From: Lingula anatina
Lineage: Eukaryota; Animalia; Brachiopoda
Assembly: GCA_051362555.1 (NCBI GenBank)
Contig: CM120641.1
Span: 29,456,401-29,520,400, forward strand
Direction of reading: 5' to 3'
DNA length: 64,000 bases
The translations under genes were made by a program, and so were the position numbers. A model generated the notes under the pieces. It searched no databases, had not been told where the DNA came from, and saw only the letters and a program-made list of their open reading frames with translations. Within the stretch, counting starts at the first letter, position 1; the number at the start of each line of letters is the position of its first letter. This document shows positions 54,893-64,000 of the stretch, piece by piece.

Positions 54893-56618
54893 AACGCTGT
54901 TTCAGCTTCAACTTACCGACTATCAGAACTCTGCTTTGGAATATATTCAACCTTTGTTTCATAAATTGAATCTAGTTAATTCACGTGTTCCAACCAATAA
55001 CGTTTCCCACAACCCAAATTCTATTGTACAAAACATAGAACATGCTAAAAAAGAAAAAAAAACATTATTTATGTGTACATAGTATGTATTTATTGTCAAG
55101 GTTTGTACATGAAGTGGCTGTATATCAAAAGATACTAAATATGTACAATAATATGAAGCGCACTGGAGAGCATGCACTAAATCATTATTTATGTTAACTT
55201 ATAAAAAGATATATTTTGTTTCTGTATGATAAGACTTTCAAATAAAAAGACTTATTTTTTAAAACATCTGTACAGTACTGTTTGATTGAAACTGAAACGC
55301 CAAGGAAATTTGTGCAAGTGTGACTGGTCCAAATTTATCATGGTTTCTTCAGGCAAACATTGTGTTAATTGTACTATGCACAACAATGATTGTGACAGCA
55401 AGGCTGGTTCATGTCTGCAGGGCATATAATAAAACAAACAAACAAACAAACAAACAAAAAAAAACTATTTGTTCAAGAACTGAATGAGCTGTGGCACATA
55501 ATACTAAATGCTATCTAGATACCTTTTTCTCTGACTTTTTTTTCATTTTTTCTTGTGTAATAGTGGTAAAAAAGGAAATCGTCTCTAAATAGACTTTATC
55601 TGGCTACAAGTCACATGGTCAATACCCTATGATGTAGGGTTGAAACATGCCTCATAATTTAAAAAAGTTTACCTCTTTAGTAATTATTTTTCTTGTCATG
55701 ATTTTAATGGATTTACAGACTAAAGACCATTGCTGTCAACTGCTAAAATGTCTTCAGTTTTTTTGTCGCATGAATTCAAGTGTAACAGAATCCAGTGTAA
55801 CAATGCATCCCAACAGACTCAAGTATGATCTTAATGTTTACAACATTTTTATCAAGGAATGTATAGTTTATATTACATAACTGAATATAATGCTAAATAT
55901 ATTACAATCCCTAAATCTTATTCTGAATTCAAATCTGCATAACATCAATGTAAAAAGAATGAACATTAAAATAAATACAGCACTCACATAAACTTCAACA
56001 CTCAACTCTGTTGACTTGATTGTTTTGTTAATTTTTGACGCACAGTAATATGTATCTTCTTGGTCCTTTGACAGACAGGTCTTCATAGTTTAACAGCAGT
56101 TTCAATTTGCACATCATAAACTACCACCCACAACCACATTTAAATGAAAAGGATCACACTGTAAAAACCACATGTAGGTTTTGTATGATGACAGAAGGAA
56201 ACATCTATACCAGGCTGCTTCTAGCATTGTTTTAACTACAACTGTTTACAGGACAGTCTCCGAAAACTCAATGTTCAGGTCATGCTGTATAGCCTGTATC
56301 AACCTTATGTTATCTGGCTCATCCACTCATTGTTCTGACTGCTTAACAATGGTGTACTTCCAGTAGTCAGTCTGGTTCAAATGGTAATGGTCTTAGCCAG
56401 AGTCTCATGATACACATCAGTGTTACATGCATCTCAAAAACACATATCATTAACCTCAAAGGCTTGGGTATTAAGAGTTAGACAAACACATATTAACACT
56501 TAAATAAAATTACAATTTTGACACTTGAGCAGAAAAATGAGAAAATCACATTTAAGTTCAGTAACTTGAACACATATGCAACATGCAGTATTAGTTTCAT
56601 ATTGGAATGAGGCTAAAA

Positions 56619-57078
56619 TCACTCTCTTTTTGCTTTCCAATCCTTGAATCCTTGTATCCTCTTCTTTGATCCCATAATAAGCAATCTGAAAAGATCTGAT
56701 ATTGTTTAGAGAAAGATTTGCCCCAAAATCAAAACCTATTGTCATGGAGCATAAAATACTTTTATATACAATCAAAAGTAAGATGTTGAGTACATCTCCA
56801 AGGATGTGAGATTGTTTCAGGATAGAAATGGTCCAGAGAGACCAGACATAAACTGTAAAATCAGCCAATCTGTCAAAACTATTAGCTAATGAATGCAAAC
56901 TTAACCTTTTCTTTATATTTAGTTTGTAGATTTTGACATTCGAGATACAGCAAACTTAAATATGCCAAACTGATTTTTAGGTAGACAAATTGTTAATGTA
57001 CCACAATTTGAATCTTTATTTTACCAAACATACATACATACATACATACATACATACATACATACACTGTACTTGTGC

Positions 57079-57113
<35 letters not shown>

Positions 57114-60100
57114 CAGAATAAATGATCAAATGTATGTGCATAATATATGCAATTATGTGGTGTCAATACCAACTTTGTAACAACAATACTTACGAGTCAA
57201 ATAACCATGGACAATATTGTGCAAGATATGCATAAAACAATACAGGGTGTGTTGAAATCCAGACTTCTGATGACTGGTTAGCAATGGCCACAGCCATAAG
57301 GTGGGCACATCTCTCTGTTGGCATCCGTACCATATCCAATGAGGCACATGCATCAGGACCCAGCACCTTTGAGTAAAAAAAATTCACTTACAATATGGCC
57401 TAAAGCAATATGGGCATTATCCAAATAGCTTATAAAGAGACTAGCAGCAGTGTGTGATGACATATTAGGCTGGCATAAGCGGGAGAATCCTCGAGTGGTT
57501 GGGTGGTGAGGCCGTACGAGCTGGGAATTTTGTCCTAGACAACAATACAAAATTGAGATGCAAAAGATGTTCTGCTGTGCAGTCTGCAAGTTTTCCATTG
57601 TTTTTGAGTCCACTGTCCTCTAAATACTGTATATCTTGCTTGATTTTACATTCAATCACAAGACTTCAGGTTATCTTGGATTATGCTCATCACTGCTCTT
57701 TCTAAGTCACTGTGGCAAAACTACCATTGACTACACAAAAGTTCTCAAATACTAGTATCAAATATAAACAATAATGTAAAAATGGATAATAAAACAAGAA
57801 TGACTAGTTTAAACTATGAGGAATGTGAATGTGTAACCTTGAACATAATAAGATATTATGTAATAATAGACCATAAAAATGGAAATAACTGCATAATTAT
57901 CTGTTCATACTTCTCCAACATTAGCCGTGGCAGCAGCTCTCAAAATATTGGACTTGACAGGACCTGGGTTCACTACAGTCACCTTGATGTTGTCAGCATG
58001 TACTTCAGCACGAAGGGAATTACAATAACCCTAGTGGAGATTTAGAAACAAAAAAGATACAGCAAAAACAGTTATTCCAATTGCTCTTCTCTAACTTTTT
58101 TTGTCCTATTTTAATAATCAAATTTAAATGGGATAAAACTTGGGCAAGAAGAAATCTTCAAAATATTCTCCATTAGTGTTTTTTTTTTTTAATTTATAAA
58201 AAAATTTTCCATCATGAAAACATTGAATTATTACTGGCAGACCCAGAACATCAGTAAGAGGCAGCCACGGCCAGACCTGCCTGGTACTTGCAAATTTGCA
58301 AGAGGCAGATCTACTACTTTTACTTACTTGCATGGCGTGTTTAGTTGCACTGTAAGAACTGCTTATTGGGGTTCCTGCACAAAAAACAGACACTTCCCAT
58401 AAGAATTTATTTATTCCACAAATATGGTTCTCATACATACTCATAACCTTACAAACATATCATCCAATATTTTCCTCATTGTCAAGTTCAAAAAGATTAA
58501 TGAAAACGTGAAATATTCTCAGAGCAGGTTCAGTCTTCAATCTAGAAAACATTTTCAGGTTTTTACACTGCAGTATCCATCTGTGTACCTTCATACTTGC
58601 ATGCATGGAAATAACCACCAAGTACCTACTATGCACATCTATTAATCATGATATCAGATAATACGTATAGACAAATACTCCTACATACCAAATTTTCCTG
58701 TGACACTGCTTGTGACCACAATGTGTCCAGACTTGTTGGCTATCATGTGCGGCAGGACCTCTCTGGTCAGGGCTATTGGGCCAAACACGTTGACTTCAAA
58801 CAATGCCTTATCCACTTCTAAATCCACATCAGCAAACAATGCTCTCTGACTTCTACCTGCATTATTCACCAGGACATCTATCTGAATACGAGATACATGG
58901 AAAATTAAGCAGAATGACAGGCATGTATACAATCATTAAACAAACAAACAAACAAACAGAAAAAGCTACATTTTCAAAAGAGTTTAGGCATAGATATAAA
59001 AAAAGTATCTTGAAAATTTGCATATGTTATAACTTCTCCTAAAAAAACAGGGCAGAACATCTTCGAAGAACCAAAATTAAAATGTTCATTTTGTTTTGAA
59101 ATTGGAATTCTTCAGTGCAAAATTTCTCATTAGACTCTTATAATTACACAATGCATTACAATTACATGTGAAATGGGCATGAAAAGAACATCTGCAATAA
59201 TAAAAAAAAAGAAAAATCAGACATACCCTTTCAAAGACCTGAAGCACCTTGCCAACAGCGCCAGCATGCATACTATAGTCTGTGACATCCAATGGAAGAA
59301 CCATTACACTAGATTCTGTCACTTTGCCATTAGCTAAAATATGTTGAAATTGTTGTTACTCAAACCAACCTAAAACCACATTATATTGCAATCAAAATGG
59401 GCATAAGAAGAACTTTTGCAATAATCAAAAAGAAAACAAAAATCGGACATACATTTTCAAAGACACGAGATTGTTGTTACTCAAAACCAAAATAAAATCA
59501 TGAAATATTGCAATCAATGTAATATACTACTGTAAGATGTGTACAATATAATCAGAATGAGAGGAGAAACAAAAAAAAATTGCAGAGAGAATAGAAACAG
59601 AAAGAGGAGTTATGACTGAAATCTATGCATTTTCATATATATGCTCCATATTTAATCTATTGTGCAAAGCAGCATTTTTTAAATTAAGCCCCCCCCCCTT
59701 TATAATCAAGTACTATTTTTATTTTAGAAACAGATAGATCTACACAATTATAAAAACATGTAATATCACTCAAATCAAGAAAGTATTAACACAATACACT
59801 CTGGCTCAAATGTGGCTCAAATGTATAGAGATGTACATATGCTTACCAATGCATGCTTTCTTCACTCTCTCCAGTTCATTCTCATTCCTGGCAGAGAGCA
59901 CAAGCTTGCAACCCACTGCTGCTAACTCATAAGCCAAGTATTCTCCAAGTCCACTAGAAGCGCCTGTTATCCAAACAACTTTATCTTGTAAAACATCTGA
60001 AATATTTGCATGTGGAAGAAATTTTAACTTTTTATAGGGGTACATGTACAGGTATATTATATAAAAGCAAGCACACACAAACATGTTACGCCCACATACT

Positions 60101-60429
60101 CATGTTTTCAAAGCTAAAAACATGTACTTGTGATATAAAACAGCTCATTAAAATGGATGAATAAGAATTCATACAGTGATACAAGTGTGCAGGTAGGTAC
60201 ACAATAAAATTGTGCAGCGAAACAACTTCTGATTAATGAAATGTGTAATTCTCTACTGCTATAGTCAATAGCAATACAAGAGTCAATATGGTCACAGTCA
60301 CTATCATTCCTTACCAGGTTTTAATCCATATCTTTCTGCATACATCAAGAGAATATCTCCATCCAGAATTGCAAACACAATAACCAGGGCTATTGCTATT
60401 AATATTATCATCCATGTCAACCACTCCAT
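56619..60429 (-). CDS. DHRS7: Dehydrogenase/reductase SDR family member 7
   Basis: Exons (minus strand): 60315-60429 (N-terminal anchor [25 protein letters not shown]), 59847-59996 ([20 protein letters not shown]...LVLSAR), 59227-59333, 58689-58881 ([11 protein letters not shown]), 58328-58374 (YSATK catalytic YxxxK), 57911-58030 (PGPVKS), 57194-57366 ([16 protein letters not shown]...EVWIS), 56619-56685 (TGA). A probable non-coding first exon has its donor near 61238. Confidence 0.92.
57028..57114. repeat. compound (TACA)n/(CA)n microsatellite
   Basis: Direct inspection; lies in the last DHRS7 intron. Confidence 0.9.
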
Positions 60430-61239
60430 AATATTTGAGTCCTCTCTGCCTGAGAAACAAACACAACTTGGTCAGAATATTTTCCTTTAATTGATAAGAG
60501 CTAAAAGATGCTTTATAAATGATAATTGATCCAAATTTTCTTGTCTATACCATGTAGTCCCTCAGAGTTAAAACTGCAAGAAAGAATTCACTGATTTAAT
60601 CCAATCACTAATTTAAACTTGAACTTTTTCATCAACAACCAGTCACTTTAATACTGGTCCCATACCAAATATCAGTAAGGCCTGATAAAATTGATTTATG
60701 TAAGTTGTTAAACAACAACTTAGTATGACAATCCTTATTTTGAGGAAATTAAAGTTTATTTTTGCACCTATTTTTCTGCATGTATTGGGTATTGGTTTGA
60801 TAAAGTGGGCGAAATTAACAACTGCGACCCGGTTAACAAATCTGCAACTGACCCTGTTAAACATAATTAAAATTAAAAATAATACTGTATCTTACGTCAG
60901 TGATCTAATCAAAATTTGTACGCGTGTTATATTTTATTATTTTAAATTTAAATTTTTATTACATGCTTTGTTTTAATATAATTACCTATGATTTAATTTG
61001 GTTTGATATAATTCAATTCATTTAAATTATTTATTTTCTGTACGGGATGTTAGCTTGTTATGACAATGTTGTATTTGTTTGAAAACTAACATGAAATGAA
61101 TTGTTTTGTTATAGATCAATGCAGATAAATCAAAATCCGAGGAATCCGAAGAGTGACCCAATGAGGACTTCAAATAATTTATCATTCAAGAGGTATTTTT
61201 ATAAAACATGACATTTGTAGCAGAAAAATTATACTTACA

Positions 61240-61532
61240 GCTATAAACAGCCCGATACCCTGGTTATTATGGTACCTATGAAGTACGGCTTGACTTTCAA
61301 GGATACCCCAATTATGATACAAGTTTAGAAAAAGTCGAGACAGTCTATGTCTACGCCAAAGTGTAGCATGGATACAACTGTTTTCCCTTTTCAAGTCAAG
61401 GTCATATGCTTATCAATCCCACAATGCAAACATTGCAACTGGAAGTCAACTAACGTCAAAATTTATGCTTGTTTATTCGATTCAAGTTTATGAAGATTAA
61501 TGGAGGAAGTGGTTGCTTAATACACCAATAAC
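61240..61532. promoter_or_regulatory. probable bidirectional promoter DHRS7/TECPR2
   Basis: The minus-strand donor near 61238 (DHRS7 5' UTR exon) and the plus-strand ATG at 61533 are about 300 bp apart. Confidence 0.5.
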
Positions 61533-63831
61533 ATGTCAGAATCGTCGGCTGTAGAAGGTAAGTATTAATTGCATGGAATTCAAGTTAATTTACCAAATAA
61601 CACCACCAAACCATAACGTTACCACTAATCAGGAAGTGAAACTGTGAATCAATCCCAATTTCCAAAGCTCGAGTCTTTTTTATATGAATGCATGTATTAT
61701 GCAATGCAATGTTATTATGCTATTCTGTAGAATATTTAGTTAGTAGTTAATTTTTTCAGCACGATTGTGAAAATGGCAAGAAAAATGTTTGAGGGCTCCC
61801 TACACGCAGCTGCATAGCTCACTATCTTTTTCCATAGGTCATACTAAAATGCCCAATATATATCCTTATATACAGTACAATAAATTAAAAGTGCATAATG
61901 CTTAAAGTGCATTATCACGAGAAATTGTCATTCGCAAGAAAGTAGGGTAATATAAAAGCAAATGATGTTACCAGTTCATTATTATAATTGTTGATGTCCA
62001 ACTTTACAAATTGGCAAATATGTCAGGACGTCTGCCCTAGGGTATACTGGCCAACATGACAACCCAACATTAAACAAATAAATTACCTAGCGATCACTTT
62101 TTTTATCACCTGTTAATATCAACGGCTTTTATATTTTTCCTTTTTTCTTGTGTCAGGATTTCTATTTCATGTGCTATATTGCGCATTTTTAATATATGAT
62201 CTATTTTACAGTTATGTGCACTCGATAATATTAAAATGTGCAATATTGTGCGACACAGCGCAAAACACAAAAGAAAACAACTCTGAACATAAGTAAACAC
62301 AGGAATCGGTCACTTGCAAGAAAATAGGTTGATATAAAATATATTGCTAGGTTATTTATATAAACAATAAAAAACCATGAAGATGTAAAATATCAGCATT
62401 TATTTTTCTCATTGCAATGTATAAACATAGGCAACTCAAAGTTTTAATTGTCAGTTTAAGACCTTTGTGTTTTGAGGTGAGATAACAATCAGTATGGGGC
62501 AAAACTTTATCCCTGAATAAGATTTTATCACGAAAATTGGCAAAGTTGACCATGAGTGTATAGGCTACTATCCTTAGCCGTCATTTTTGTTTAAATGACT
62601 GTGTTATGGAGTTACGAGTCCCTAATTACCGTTTTAGGGACTCGTTTAGGGGGGGGCAGGGAGGAATTTTCATGGGACAGGGGGTTGCCTGGGGTAATTG
62701 TCCTGATGCCATCAGACGGCTTATCATAAGATAAAGAGTTACAAATACACAGCACAAGTTAACAGTGACATGACATCAATCATAATTATCATCATGATAA
62801 ATGAAGCTGCAATGAATTACCTAGACTAGGGTCTGTGTATATCATAATTTCACACTGCAGCACTGACTGACTGCCCTCTGACTCTAGCATCTCAGTTAAT
62901 TAATAAAAAAAAAGCAGATATGTTCCTGTCTTTCTTATAGCACAAACAAATTAGAAAGATTGCAATGAGGCAAATGATTGGTTAATATCCAACATTGACA
63001 GTATCATCATGATTCATATCAAATCAATGTGCATGTTTGTTATATTCCACAGAAACAGATGAGATGGATGAAGTGGTGCCTCAGAGTTCAGGGAACATGG
63101 GGGCATCATCAGCTGACCCTGAATTGGGGGACTCTCAAGAAACAACCACCAGCTCAGTCCCAGTCTTGAAAGAGTTTGAACCTCTCAATCACATGTTGAA
63201 TATGATTCCCAGCAAAGCACAACGGGGTCTAAAGGTGTATCCTATTGATTTAACATGCCTAGATGCTTCAAAGAGTTTCATTGCCTTGGGATCAAATCTG
63301 GGAATTCTGTTTCTTTATAACAGAGAGAAACAGTCATTACAAAGGCTAACATGTGATGTAAGCATTTTACTGATGAACCTTTTTTCTTAAGTACTGCATT
63401 TATTCTTAAGTGACTGTCTACTTTGCATAAGCAGATGTCTTTCATTTTTGTATCACAATCACTAGATAATCTTAAGCAGTATGGCTATGTCCCATTGGTC
63501 TCACTGGATATATCATAATAAATGTAGAAAGCTTCATTCAAAATATACAGCTTTATATTCAGGCATAACTGAAATGCTTGGTTTTCAATTTCTTCATAAT
63601 GTAACGTGTGTATTTTGTAATTATTTCTTTGCTATTCAGGTTTTAGCTGTATATCAACCACTTTATACTTCTTTAATAAGTGTTGTTTCTTTTTTATATA
63701 AGTCAAAAAGTGAAGTAATGAGCTGTGTGAAGATGCAGGAGGGCCTGGAGTTCCAGATTGCACTGGGAACCCACTCTGGATTACTGTGTGTCTTCATCTT
63801 GCCTTCCATTCTACCTGGCAGAAACAAACAG
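61533..63831 (+). CDS. TECPR2: Tectonin beta-propeller repeat-containing protein 2, 5' part (continues beyond window)
   Basis: Exons: 61533-61557 (MSESSAVE, less certain), 63053-63357 (LKEFEPLNHMLNMIPSKAQRGLKVYPIDLTCLDASKSFIALGSNLGILFLYNR, resembling the TECPR2 N-terminal WD region), 63703-63831 (IALGTHSGLLCVFILPS...NKQ). The paralogue HPS5 is a less likely alternative. Confidence 0.82.
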
Positions 63832-64000
63832 GTATGACATACTGAGGTCAGCCAAGTATATTTTCTGCTTTAAACCAAATAGCTTTTTTTTCATCAATCA
63901 ATGATGGATTGCCAAAAATGTCAAGGGCATTTCATTTCCTTTAAGCATTGTAAATTGAAAATATGTCCGAGTTATACTTGATGGTGTAATATCTCAATAG

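Overview
AT-rich, intron-rich animal genomic DNA. It is an invertebrate, most likely a lophotrochozoan such as a mollusc; this is inferred from gene architecture and repeat types. I reconstructed seven spliced protein-coding genes by hand from GT-AG boundaries and reading-frame phase. (1) The 3' part of a SMOC/Pentagone-like gene, + strand, with TY-EC-TY-EC domains. (2) A membrane-anchored DNAJC4/DNAJC30-like J-protein, - strand. (3) MUS81, - strand, 20 exons. (4) DPP3, + strand, 18 coding exons, head-to-head with MUS81. (5) A secreted antistasin/FOLN-like/Kunitz/8-Cys mosaic protein, + strand. (6) DHRS7, - strand. (7) The 5' end of TECPR2, + strand, head-to-head with DHRS7. Introns carry several MITEs, a Helentron-like element with a ~160-bp satellite array, and microsatellites. 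The most notable observations are: an in-frame TGA in the Kunitz mosaic gene followed by a phase-compatible downstream exon and a weak SECIS-like hairpin; inverted MITE pairs that bracket a symmetric MUS81 exon or form a long intronic hairpin; an apparent extra domain in MUS81; and gene content matching the human 11q13/14q paralogon. Most ORF-track entries are exon fragments or spurious. All coordinates were read by eye and could be off by a few bases.
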